46,014 nucleotides of DNA from Gammaproteobacteria bacterium (lineage in GTDB: Bacteria; Pseudomonadota; Gammaproteobacteria; Steroidobacterales; MnTg04). The DNA lies in assembly GCA_036443455.1 (NCBI GenBank), contig JAZFYI010000197.1, forward strand, positions 1-46,014. The letters run 5' to 3'. Shown piece after piece: positions 1 through 8,895 of this stretch (position 1 is the first letter of the stretch; every line of letters starts with the position of its first letter). A model generated the notes under the pieces. The model was not told the origin of the DNA. It saw only the letters and a list, made by a program, of their open reading frames with translations, and did not search any database. A program made the position numbers and the translations under genes.

Positions 1-308
1 CCGGGTACCTGGTCCAGCTGGCCGCGAAGGATTTCCGTGCCCCGCAGGATTTCCTGGCGCCGATTTTCAGAAAGACCGTCCAGTAGCCTGTTGTTGTCTT
101 GCAGGCGCAAATGAAAATCACGCCCAAGCGCCTGGAAGCGAATGGATTGACCCGCCAGTCGGGCCGGCTCCTGCAGCCTCGGCGCCGGTACCGGTTCGTA
201 ATGTAAGACCCGGAAGCTGCCGTCATCGGCGGAGCGGCCAGCGGCGAAGCTGTTGGCTGCAATCAGCAGTATGGCGCCGCACAGGGCGGCCGGTCGCAAA
301 TTGATCAT
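1..308 (-). CDS. hypothetical secreted protein, N-terminal part (gene runs off the window edge)
   Basis: Absent from the ORF track because it is open at the edge. A reverse-strand ATG at 308-306 gives MINLRPAALCGAILLIAANSFAAGRS..., which looks like a signal peptide, and stays in frame to position 1. FQALGRDFHLRLQDNNRLL is only loosely reminiscent of reprolysin-type propeptides. Confidence 0.45.
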   Translation of the reverse strand, partial: MINLRPAALCGAILLIAANSFAAGRSADDGSFRVLHYEPVPAPRLQEPARLAGQSIRFQALGRDFHLRLQDNNRLLDGLSENRRQEILRGTEILRGQLDQVP

Positions 309-521
309 CGTATTCCAGAATCCAAGTATGGGCAGACTATCACCCGACCCAGGCGATCCAGTAAACCACCGAAGTCACAATTACTGCAAAATTTGGGCTG
401 AAAAAGGCCACCCCGCCATCATTCAATAGATTCGACCGCAAGTCCCGGCGAATTATTCGATTTTTTGACCTTATTCGGACTTTATGTCAAGCGGCCGTCC
501 AGTTTTCCGGCGGCCTGCACG

Positions 522-1322
522 CTAATCACACGCCGGGCGGCGTCCGGCCGCCCTGGCCTGTTCATACAGCTCGATGGCTTGTGGCATTCTCTGGCGAAGT
601 TGCCGGATCCGGGTCGTGCTGGCCGGGTGGGTCGATAGAAACTCGGGTGGTCTGCTACCGCCGGTGGCGCCCATGTTTTGCCAAAGCCGGATGCTTTGCT
701 GCGGGTCAAACCCGGCCTGCGCCATCAGGTCCAGGCCGATCAGGTCAGCCTCGCTTTCCTGGGTGCGGCCAAAAGGCAACAGGATTCCGACCTGTGTGCC
801 TACGCCAAGCATGGCCATGACGTTGCTCCGGGTCTGGGCCGAGCCGCCGGCCATCGCGGCGATCAACTGGCTGCCGCTTTGCGCCAGGTAGCCTGTGGAG
901 ACGCGTTCATTGGCGTGACGCGCCCGGACATGGGCGATTTCGTGACCGATGACGGCGGCCAGCTGAGCCTGGTTCTCCGTCACTTCCAGCAGGCCGGTGA
1001 ATACGCCAATTTTCTTTCCGGGCAGCGCAAAGGCGTTCGCCTGGTCTTGTCTGAAAACTCGCACCTCCCAGCTCGAGGTATGCGCATTTGCCCCCGGTTG
1101 CCTTAGCAAGAAATCGGCGACGCACTGCACATAGCTTCGGATAACGGGGTCATCCTCGAGCGGCGTCGTGGTCTGGATCTGCTGGAAGGCCAGCACACCC
1201 ATACGGTTCATTTCCGAATCCGGGAAAAAAACGAGCTGCGTGCGGCCAAGCGGCGAGGTGGCGCAACCACTCAAGATGACCAGTGCGGCGTACAAGGCTG
1301 CTACGCGAAATCGATTCATCAT
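522..1322 (-). CDS. M48 family zinc metallopeptidase, lipoprotein
   Basis: HEIAHVRARH (HExxH) zinc motif. N-terminus MMNRFRVAALYAALVILSGC carries a lipobox. The internal ATG at 1322 is preferred over the ORF-track start at 1364. Confidence 0.85.
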   Translation of the reverse strand: MMNRFRVAALYAALVILSGCATSPLGRTQLVFFPDSEMNRMGVLAFQQIQTTTPLEDDPVIRSYVQCVADFLLRQPGANAHTSSWEVRVFRQDQANAFALPGKKIGVFTGLLEVTENQAQLAAVIGHEIAHVRARHANERVSTGYLAQSGSQLIAAMAGGSAQTRSNVMAMLGVGTQVGILLPFGRTQESEADLIGLDLMAQAGFDPQQSIRLWQNMGATGGSRPPEFLSTHPASTTRIRQLRQRMPQAIELYEQARAAGRRPACD

Positions 1323-1584
1323 CGCATCACCACCGGTAACCGGCGCCGCTAAGGCGTTGAACAAGAACCGATGCAGACAAGCGCGACCGGTTCACCGTGG
1401 AGACAAAGCTCCGAACTCTCATGCTCCACAATTATTATTGCTGGCAAGTGCGTACGCAAGCCGTACAATAAGCAGGCCTGGCGCGACCAGAAGGCACGGA
1501 TTTCGGTCAGGATAGTTTTGCTGGGATTTTGGTCGGCGCGGGAATTGGTTTTTAGCCGGCATTTCTTGCTATGGAAATCAACCT

Positions 1585-2184
1585 ATGATGAAAGCGGGCG
1601 GATTTGTGGCTGCAGCGAGCCTGCTGTGGATGATGGCATTGCCGGCACAGGCCGAATATGTCACGGATGAACTGCAACTGGGTCTGCATATTGCGGAAGA
1701 CACCAGCGATACGCCGTTTCGGACACTGGTCAGCGGCACAGAGCTGGAAATACTGGAACGCAATCGTTTCTACGCAAGAGTTCGTACCAGCGCCGGTGAA
1801 GAAGGCTGGGTCAAGGCGGGTTACCTGATCAGCAGCAAGCCAGCCGCGGCGCGGGCGATGGAACTGGAAGCGGCGAACGCGAAAATCAATGACCGCCTGG
1901 AAAAGGTGCTGGCGCAAACCTCGGATGTCCGTCAGACCATCGCCGGCCTCGAGAACGAACTGGCAACGGCAAGAACGGAAGGGGCCGCCGCATTGGCGCG
2001 CGCAACCGAACTGGAGGTCGACAACACCCGGTTCAACGAGCGCATGGTTAATTTTCGCGGCAGCGTGCCGGTACGCTGGGCCTTTCTGGCCGCCGGGTTG
2101 ATGCTGCTGGTCGGGTTCTTTAGCGGCTTTTTGTGGTTCGATTACCGCAGCCGAAAACGCTATGGTGGATTCAGAGTCTATTAA
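1585..2184 (+). CDS. SH3 domain protein with coiled coil and C-terminal TM anchor (YgiM/TIGR04211-like)
   Basis: Signal peptide ...ALPAQAEY, an SH3b-like segment (RNRFYARVRTSAGEEGWVKAGYL), a coiled-coil stretch, and a C-terminal TM helix followed by RSRKRYGGFRVY. Confidence 0.75.
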   Translation: MMKAGGFVAAASLLWMMALPAQAEYVTDELQLGLHIAEDTSDTPFRTLVSGTELEILERNRFYARVRTSAGEEGWVKAGYLISSKPAAARAMELEAANAKINDRLEKVLAQTSDVRQTIAGLENELATARTEGAAALARATELEVDNTRFNERMVNFRGSVPVRWAFLAAGLMLLVGFFSGFLWFDYRSRKRYGGFRVY

Positions 2185-2337
2185 CCGGAATGTTCCGGGA
2201 GCGGGAAATCCTGCATCGGCCTCCCATTATCTTTTCGTTTCCTGCTAACCGCTCCCTGAGCGATGCTGTGCTCGTACAAGTGGGTTCGGGTATACAGTGC
2301 GGATGATCCAGGCTTGAAAAGTCGTTTGAATATTTCG

Positions 2338-2386
2338 ACCGACAAAAATAAATGTCTTGACAAAATAATTTGTCGGTAGATAATAT
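2338..2386 (+). promoter_or_regulatory. sigma70-type promoter with flanking 9-bp inverted repeat (candidate ArsR-family operator)
   Basis: TTGACA (2357-2362), a 16-nt spacer, then GATAAT (2379-2384). The perfect inverted repeat ACCGACAAA (2338-2346) / TTTGTCGGT (2369-2377) brackets the -35. It lies about 35 nt upstream of the ArsR-like CDS. Confidence 0.5.
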
Positions 2387-2416
2387 ATCTCGAAATATGC
2401 ACCCGGATTTGCCTCG

Positions 2417-2986
2417 ATGAGACAGGAATTAATGGTCGTTTCCGATGCCCGGACCATGGCGTTGCTGGCAGACCCGCTGAAGTCGAAAATCCTGCAGGAA
2501 ATGGATCAACCCCGGACGACGGCCGAGCTGGCCGTGGTGATGGGCATGCCCAGGCAGAAGCTGGGCTACCACGTCAGGCAGCTCGAGGACGCAGGGTTGC
2601 TGGCAAGCGTAGGCGAGAGCCGGCGCGGCAACTGCGTCGCCAGGAAACTCCAGGCGGCGGCGCGGCAAATCATTGTGATCCGGACCGACCCGCAGGGGTC
2701 GATCCCGGAGGATCGATACTCCGGCAGTTGGCTCATGGAACGGTGTGCCAGCGCGATTCGAGAAGTCGGCGTTTTGTCATCGGCTGCCGGGGAAAAAGGG
2801 GAAAAACTGCCGGTGCTGACCCTGGAATCGGAAATTGCGTTCGATAATCCGCAGGACCAACAAGCTTTCGCCCAGGAACTGAGCGAATTGATCGCCGCCT
2901 TGATCGACCGCTATGGGTCAACTTCATCCGGCGCCACGCGCTTCAGATTTCTGGTGGCGAGCTACCCGAAGCTTCCCGACGGGTAG
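2417..2986 (+). CDS. ArsR-family winged-helix transcriptional regulator with about 100-aa C-terminal extension
   Basis: ALLADPLKSKILQEMDQPRTTAELAVVMGMPRQKLGYHVRQLEDAGLL is a typical ArsR/SmtB HTH. ATG 2432 (AGGA 4 nt upstream) is an alternative start. Confidence 0.75.
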   Translation: MRQELMVVSDARTMALLADPLKSKILQEMDQPRTTAELAVVMGMPRQKLGYHVRQLEDAGLLASVGESRRGNCVARKLQAAARQIIVIRTDPQGSIPEDRYSGSWLMERCASAIREVGVLSSAAGEKGEKLPVLTLESEIAFDNPQDQQAFAQELSELIAALIDRYGSTSSGATRFRFLVASYPKLPDG

Positions 2987-3019
2987 GCAGCGATGATCGG
3001 CGCCGCAAAAAGGGAGTGC

Positions 3020-3478
3020 TCAGGGGTTCGGTGGCATTTGGAACGGTTTCTTGTGCGCCCTGCTGCGCAGTTTGTTCAGGGTTCGTGAAATTATTTTCTG
3101 CCTGATCAGGGCTTGCTCCAGGTGGTATTTGCCCGGGAAATTCACCAGCATCATGCCGATCAGGATGGTCAGTAATCCCTGTCCCGGCAAAAACGTCATC
3201 AATACGCCCGCCACAATGAACAACAGGCCCAGCAGGTTCTTGACCAGGTTGACAATAACCATCAACACGGGGTGCCCCTTCTGGCGGGCGACAGGCTGGC
3301 GTTTTTCGCGAATGAAATAGTCTTCCGGTAACTGCGTGACGATCGCGGGCAACAAAACAACGGCCAGGATCAGGCTAAAAAAAGATGCCAGCGCCATCCA
3401 TGGTAAGTACGGTTTGAAGAAAGACAGCCAGTCGAACATGGCCCGCAGTATATCCGAAGCACTTCCGATGGTGAGCAA
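3020..3478 (-). CDS. small integral membrane protein (PGPGW-like)
   Basis: Two to three predicted TM helices, an FLPGQG motif and a basic C-terminal tail. No catalytic motif seen. The start could be the internal Met at 3439. Confidence 0.55.
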   Translation of the reverse strand: MLTIGSASDILRAMFDWLSFFKPYLPWMALASFFSLILAVVLLPAIVTQLPEDYFIREKRQPVARQKGHPVLMVIVNLVKNLLGLLFIVAGVLMTFLPGQGLLTILIGMMLVNFPGKYHLEQALIRQKIISRTLNKLRSRAHKKPFQMPPNP

Positions 3479-3578
3479 AACTCCCGGCGAAATCGCGGGG
3501 CGGCCAAGTCAATCCGGACCCGGAAGGGCGGCCGGATATTTCCGCCGGCCTTTTCGGTGGTGCCGGCGTGGCGATGTG

Positions 3579-5504
3579 TTACAAATTGAACTGCAGGCGT
3601 GCCGCTACGCGCTGCTCGTGAGGCTGGCCGCGGAATACCTGTGGCTCGAAACGCCACTGGGCAACTGCTTGCCGGGTGGCCTTTTCGAAGTAGCCGGTTT
3701 TTTCAACTTCGATGATTTCGATTTTGCTGACTTCACCGGTTGCGCTAACCGTGAACTCGACATCCACCCAGCCCTCTATGTTCCGGCGCAAAGCACGTTT
3801 GGGAAAGTCCGGCTCCACGAAATTCGTCATTTTCATCTGCGTCGCCGGGATTACGACGCTGCCCTGGTGAGCGGCCCAATCCTGTTCCAGTCCGGAACGT
3901 GCAGTGCCTAGTTCTTCGGTGTCGCCACCGAGTTGTTCCGCTTGCTTTAGAAAAGCTTCGGCAGCGGCGTACTCTCGCGCCGCTAGGTCTCGCCACATCT
4001 GTTCCAGCAGTTTGTTGGTCAATGTCAGCGATCCGGCGCGATATTCCTCGCCGTCCGGATTCAGTTCTCGCATTTCATTCAGAAAAAAGAGTGCGTTGCC
4101 TTGGCGCGGCGTGAGCAGGCGGCTGTCCGCGATGCTGGCTTGGAATTCCTGGTATAGGGCGTTTACCCGATCAGCGATCTGATTCTCGCGTCTTTGCTGC
4201 GCGGCCAGCGCGGCGGCTTCTTCGCCCATCGTCATCCGAGCCTTCGAAATGCGCGCTCGCGCCTGCCTGATGGATGACACGCTGGCGACCGGGATTGTTT
4301 CGGCCTGTCGCAGCAGGCTCTCCGCGTTTCCGAGATTTCCATTATCGGTTTCAGTGCGAACCTGGCTCATCAGGGACGAATACTTCCGCCCAAGCTGGTC
4401 TTGAATTTCGGCAATCCCGCCATAGCTGGAGTTGATCACCTTGACGCGGTCTATCAGGTCCAGTGCCCGGCCAATTTCACCGCCGACTATCGCGGCTTGG
4501 GCGTGTTCCAGGACGCCGCCAAGAACGACCTTTTCCATCGCCCGGGGTTTTGCCGAATCGCCGCCGGGGGTTTCGGCCAAAAGACCAAATGCCTGCTCGT
4601 ATTGGCCGGCTTCGATCGCTCTGCGCGCATTGTTCATGCGTTGTTCCGGTGAAGTGGCGCCAACGAGGGAGTCAAAAAAAGCCAGCCGCGGGTGATCGGG
4701 CAGCACATTTCTGATCATGACCAGCGCTTTCGCTGCCCTGGCGGGCCTGTTCTGCAGCAGATCCTGTTCGGTTTGCGCGAGTACCTTATCGGCCGCAGCC
4801 ATAATCCCACGGTGGGCACCGACATTGTCCGGATCCAGCGTCAGAATCTGATAATAATAATAAATCGCGTTGTTATTTTTTGGTTCAAAATATCGCTTGT
4901 CTCCCATGGCCAGCCTGGCCATGTCCAGATGCTGCTCGATCAACGCACCCTGACCCGATTCCAGATAATTGCCGGGTGCTTCAGCAGTATCATTACCCCA
5001 GGGAATGACGAAAGCGACTGACATGAGTACGGCAGCAACACTGCCGACGACCAATGCGGGTTTTTTCCAGGAGCGCACAGGCGGTTTTTCCACGCTGTGG
5101 TCGACGCCGCGTATCAGCATCGCCTGTTTGATCGCGGCCTCTATATATAGCCGGGTTTGTCCCGGCTGGCATGGCTTGGTGAGCACCCGGAATATCTTGC
5201 CGTCGTTCATCAATTTTGTAAGCGCAGGCCTGTCGTTCCCGGTGCCGGCAATCACCTGGACCATGCTTGGCGCGCGACGGCCCAAGCGTTCGATTATGGG
5301 TGCAGGATCGCCGCCAAGCATCTCGGAGTCGGCAATCAAGAGAGCGACCTGGCCGAGATGATCAAACCCGAGTGCCTGTTTCAGATCCTTTGCATGGAAA
5401 AGCACATAGCGATCTTCTACCGCGTCCGTGACCAGGCCCAAAAACTCCGGGTCGCTGGATAGCAGCAAAATCTTGATTTCCGGTTGTTTGCCTGCTTTCG
5501 CCAC
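3579..5504 (-). CDS. receiver-like domain / single TM / helical (TPR-like) region / TonB C-terminal domain protein
   Basis: The N-terminus aligns to CheY-type receivers: D59 in LLIADSEM, T88 in IAGTG, K110 in LTKP. The DD acidic pair is replaced by SS (S16, S17). One TM helix (ALVVGSVAAVLMSVAFVIPW), then about 380 aa of Ala/Leu/Gln-rich helical repeats. The C-terminus EGWVDVEFTVSATGEVSKIEII...AVAQWRFEP is a TonB_C signature. Confidence 0.7.
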   Translation of the reverse strand: MAKAGKQPEIKILLLSSDPEFLGLVTDAVEDRYVLFHAKDLKQALGFDHLGQVALLIADSEMLGGDPAPIIERLGRRAPSMVQVIAGTGNDRPALTKLMNDGKIFRVLTKPCQPGQTRLYIEAAIKQAMLIRGVDHSVEKPPVRSWKKPALVVGSVAAVLMSVAFVIPWGNDTAEAPGNYLESGQGALIEQHLDMARLAMGDKRYFEPKNNNAIYYYYQILTLDPDNVGAHRGIMAAADKVLAQTEQDLLQNRPARAAKALVMIRNVLPDHPRLAFFDSLVGATSPEQRMNNARRAIEAGQYEQAFGLLAETPGGDSAKPRAMEKVVLGGVLEHAQAAIVGGEIGRALDLIDRVKVINSSYGGIAEIQDQLGRKYSSLMSQVRTETDNGNLGNAESLLRQAETIPVASVSSIRQARARISKARMTMGEEAAALAAQQRRENQIADRVNALYQEFQASIADSRLLTPRQGNALFFLNEMRELNPDGEEYRAGSLTLTNKLLEQMWRDLAAREYAAAEAFLKQAEQLGGDTEELGTARSGLEQDWAAHQGSVVIPATQMKMTNFVEPDFPKRALRRNIEGWVDVEFTVSATGEVSKIEIIEVEKTGYFEKATRQAVAQWRFEPQVFRGQPHEQRVAARLQFNL

Positions 5505-5780
5505 TTTGTACCTAATCCCGTACGGATGATCGTCTGCGCCTGTTCCTCGGCGAGGAGAAAATCAGCACAGCAGCAGGGCTTCCGTCTTGGACCCTGCCGG
5601 AATATGGAAAATACCTTTCGCTGCGCCATAAAATCTTGACCCAGTTAACAAAATACGGGTTTGGACCCCAAAAACTGACTTATTTGGCCTCGATTCAGGC
5701 GGCCGGCGCCATTTTCCTCAGGGAAAAGCAGGTCGGACTTCGGTACGATGGCGGCTGCGGTTTTGGACGGTCAGCCACGC

Positions 5781-6539
5781 CTACTGTGCAGTAAAACCAC
5801 CGTCAACGCACAAGTCCGTACCAGTCACGAAAGACGATTTTTCCGAGCAAAGCCACAGCACGGCATTGGCCACCTCATCCACCTGACCAATGCGTCCAAT
5901 CGGATGCAAGGTACTCAAGTCGTCTTTGGTGGTCTCGAGACTTTCGGCAAGCCGATCGACCATCGCTGTATCGATTACTGCCGGGTTGACTGTATTGACG
6001 CGAATCCCCTGCGCTGAATACTCCAGCGCCGCGCACTTGGTGAGTCCCATCACGGCATGCTTTGAGGCACAATAAATTCCCAAGCCGGGAAAACCGACCA
6101 AACCGGCTACTGAAGAGTTGTTGACGATCGCCCCACCACCGGTCTCCAGCATCTGCGGGATCTGATACTTCATCGACAACCAGACCCCTTTGACGTTTAT
6201 ATCCATGACGTATCGGAAGTTATCGTCCGTCTGATCCGCGAGCGGGGTAACCAGTCCTTCAACACCGGCGTTGTTAAATGCCACATCGAGCCGGCCATAG
6301 GTGGACACCGCATGCTCTACAAGAGCCCGAACATCGTCTTCTGATATTACGTCCGTTCGCAGAAAGCTGGCCTCGCCACCGCCAACCTGGATGGCTTTGA
6401 CAACTTCCTCGCCACGCTCGACACTGCGGTTGCCGATCACAACCTTGGCGCCTTCACGCGCAAATGCGAGTGCCGTTGCACGGCCTATGCCAACACCACC
6501 GCCTGTAACCAGCGCTACCTTGCCATCGAAGTCTGCCAT
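5781..6539 (-). CDS. SDR family oxidoreductase (glucose 1-dehydrogenase-like)
   Basis: VTGGGVGIGRA Rossmann motif, NNAG, and the catalytic S...YCASK triad. GGAGG lies 6 nt before ATG 6539. Confidence 0.85.
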   Translation of the reverse strand: MADFDGKVALVTGGGVGIGRATALAFAREGAKVVIGNRSVERGEEVVKAIQVGGGEASFLRTDVISEDDVRALVEHAVSTYGRLDVAFNNAGVEGLVTPLADQTDDNFRYVMDINVKGVWLSMKYQIPQMLETGGGAIVNNSSVAGLVGFPGLGIYCASKHAVMGLTKCAALEYSAQGIRVNTVNPAVIDTAMVDRLAESLETTKDDLSTLHPIGRIGQVDEVANAVLWLCSEKSSFVTGTDLCVDGGFTAQ

Positions 6540-6737
6540 TTTCCATCCTCCACACATGCGTCTGTAATGCCAAAAATCGCTACCCGGCAGGATCGGTTAA
6601 CTTGTCGATACCAGACCAAGCACCATTCAAAAAAGCAACATAACCCGATAGCCCGGAAGTGTCATCCAGACCGTGGCAAGTCCGCTGCGCACATACAAAA
6701 GGGCCACATCAAGAATGACGCAACCCTTTGCAAAAGA

Positions 6738-6814
6738 TGGTGGGCCTGGAAGGACTCGAACCTTCGACCAAAAGATTATGAGTCTTCTGCTCTAACCAAC
6801 TGAGCTACAGGCCC
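6738..6814 (-). tRNA. tRNA with CAU anticodon, most likely tRNA-Ile2 (lysidine-modified); elongator tRNA-Met not excluded
   Basis: The reverse complement GGGCCTGTAGCTCAGTTGGTTAGAGCAGAAGACTCATAATCTTTTGGTCGAAGGTTCGAGTCCTTCCAGGCCCACCA folds by hand into a full cloverleaf: 7-bp acceptor stem, GCTC/GAGC D stem, CU-CAU-AA anticodon loop, TTCGAGT T loop and an encoded CCA. C4-G69 and C5-G68 match the acceptor-stem pairs I recall as TilS determinants in E. coli tRNA-Ile2. Confidence 0.85.
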
Positions 6815-6887
6815 CGGTTTGCTCTGGTGCGAACAGTATATCCGCTGATTCCTCGCGGCTAGTAGCTTCTGCAGGCCGTGGAGACCG

Positions 6888-8774
6888 CTAGTCTTCGGCA
6901 AGAAAACTGCGCAGGCGTTCCGAGCGCGTCGGGTGACGCAGTTTGCGCAGCGCCTTCGCTTCGATCTGCCGTATGCGCTCTCGCGTGACATCGAATTGCT
7001 TGCCGACTTCCTCGAGCGTGTGATCCGTGTTCATGTCTATGCCGAAGCGCATGCGCAGGACCTTTGCTTCCCGCGGTGTCAGGCCCCCGAGGATATCGTA
7101 AGTGGCCTCCCGGAGCCCTTCCGTGGTCGCCGAATCGACCGGGGAATCCACCGTCGCATCTTCGATGAAATCGCCCAGGTGAGAGTCTTCATCGTCGCCG
7201 ATGGGGGTTTCCATGGAAATGGGTTCCTTGGCAATTTTCATGACCTTGCGCACTTTGTCCTCGGGCATTTCCATGCGGATCGCAAGTTCTTCAGGCGTGG
7301 GTTCGCGGCCAATTTCCTGCAGCATCTGGCGGGAAATGCGATTGAGCTTGTTGATGGTTTCAATCATGTGTACCGGGATGCGGATCGTACGGGCCTGGTC
7401 GGCGATCGAACGGGTAATCGCCTGCCGGATCCACCAGGTTGCATAGGTCGAAAACTTGTAACCACGCCGGTATTCGAATTTGTCGACCGCCTTCATCAAC
7501 CCGATGTTGCCCTCCTGGATCAGGTCCAGAAACTGAAGCCCACGGTTGGTGTATTTCTTGGCAATGGAAATCACCAGGCGCAGATTCGCCTCGACCATTT
7601 CTTTCTTCGCACGGCGGGCCTTGGCCTCACCGATGGACATCTGGCGGTTGATTTCCTTGATCTGGGAAATACCCAGGTAGGTCCTGATCTCCAGTAAGAT
7701 CAGTTTTTTCTGCGCCCGCAGAATATCCTCCTTGAGCCTGGACAGGCCGGATGAATGCTTGCGCTTGGCGCGAATATGTTTGTCCACCCACTGCTGGTTG
7801 GTCTCGTTGCTTGGGAAACTGGCGATGAAATCCTTGCGCGGCATGCCGGCTTCCGCGACGCAATAATGCATAACCTGGCGTTCCTGTGCGCGAATGTTTG
7901 CGATGTGGCCGCGCAGGTTCCAGACCAGCGCGTCAAAAAACTTCGGCGCAAGCTTCAGTTCCATCATGTCCGCGGCCAGGTCGCGCCGGACCGCCATCGT
8001 TCGGGAATCTTCGGGGCCATATTTGTCGATGTACTTCAGGGATCGGGTGAAAAATTTCCTGATTTTTTTCATCCGTGCCCTGACCTCATCTGGATCCGGG
8101 CCTGTGTCGACAGGTTCTTCCACCTCGCCCCGCAGTTTCATTTCTTCTTTTCGCTTGGCTTCGGCTTGCAGCTCGGCTGCCGTTGCGGGTTCGTTCGAGG
8201 CGTTTGGATCGATGAACCCGGTGAGCATATCCAGCAGACGACCGCTGCCGGTCGTAATGTTGTCGTAAACACCCAGTAACATCCGGTAGGTATCCGGGAA
8301 CATTGCCAGCGCACCACGAACCTGGTTCAGACCTTCCTCGATTCTCTTGGCGATGCGGATCTCGCCTTCGCGCGTCAGCAACTCGACGGTTCCCATCTCA
8401 CGCATGTACATGCGGACCGGATCTGTCGTCCGGCCAAATTCGCTGTCCACGGTGGCGAGAGCGGCAGCCGCTTCAGCGGCATCGTCTTCGTCGGCCGAAA
8501 CCGCGCTGTCCGACAACAGCAAAGTCTCGGCATCCGGCACTTTCTCGTACACGGTGATACCCATATCGTTGATCATGTTGACAATATCTTCGATATGTTC
8601 GGGATCGACGATGTCATTCGGCAGATGATCGTTGACTTCGCCGTAGGTCAGGTAGCCTTGCTCCTTGCCGCGGGCAATCAGCTGCTTCAACTTTGACTGG
8701 CGGTCATCCGCGGGCGGGCTAACCGCTTCCTGGGTTGCGCTTTTGTTGCTCAAGTTCTTTTTCCTCGTCGTCAT
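6888..8774 (-). CDS. rpoD: RNA polymerase sigma-70 factor RpoD
   Basis: Full-length match to the sigma70 architecture: region 1.1 acidic stretch, region 2 ([17 protein letters not shown]), and region 4 ([30 protein letters not shown]). Start MTTRKK at 8774 has GGAGA upstream. Confidence 0.97.
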   Translation of the reverse strand: MTTRKKNLSNKSATQEAVSPPADDRQSKLKQLIARGKEQGYLTYGEVNDHLPNDIVDPEHIEDIVNMINDMGITVYEKVPDAETLLLSDSAVSADEDDAAEAAAALATVDSEFGRTTDPVRMYMREMGTVELLTREGEIRIAKRIEEGLNQVRGALAMFPDTYRMLLGVYDNITTGSGRLLDMLTGFIDPNASNEPATAAELQAEAKRKEEMKLRGEVEEPVDTGPDPDEVRARMKKIRKFFTRSLKYIDKYGPEDSRTMAVRRDLAADMMELKLAPKFFDALVWNLRGHIANIRAQERQVMHYCVAEAGMPRKDFIASFPSNETNQQWVDKHIRAKRKHSSGLSRLKEDILRAQKKLILLEIRTYLGISQIKEINRQMSIGEAKARRAKKEMVEANLRLVISIAKKYTNRGLQFLDLIQEGNIGLMKAVDKFEYRRGYKFSTYATWWIRQAITRSIADQARTIRIPVHMIETINKLNRISRQMLQEIGREPTPEELAIRMEMPEDKVRKVMKIAKEPISMETPIGDDEDSHLGDFIEDATVDSPVDSATTEGLREATYDILGGLTPREAKVLRMRFGIDMNTDHTLEEVGKQFDVTRERIRQIEAKALRKLRHPTRSERLRSFLAED

Positions 8775-8895
8775 TCTGTGCTCTCCGTCGGCCCGGTTGC
8801 GCACGCAAAGCTAATCCACCAGTATAGCACAAGTGACTATATTCCTGGCTCCCAAACCCCGATTCCGGCCATAAAACATGCCCCGATTGATGGGC

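Noticed and set aside
5660-5745. A possible third, degenerate copy of the E1 repeat, sharing the 9-mers CCTCGATTC and GTCGGACTT plus AAAAACTGAC.
   Set aside because: The shared words are short and not colinear with E1: their order and orientation are swapped and an 8-nt insertion is needed. Similar T-rich/CGAT words also occur by chance inside coding sequence, for example in pilT at about 45890. This is not enough to call.
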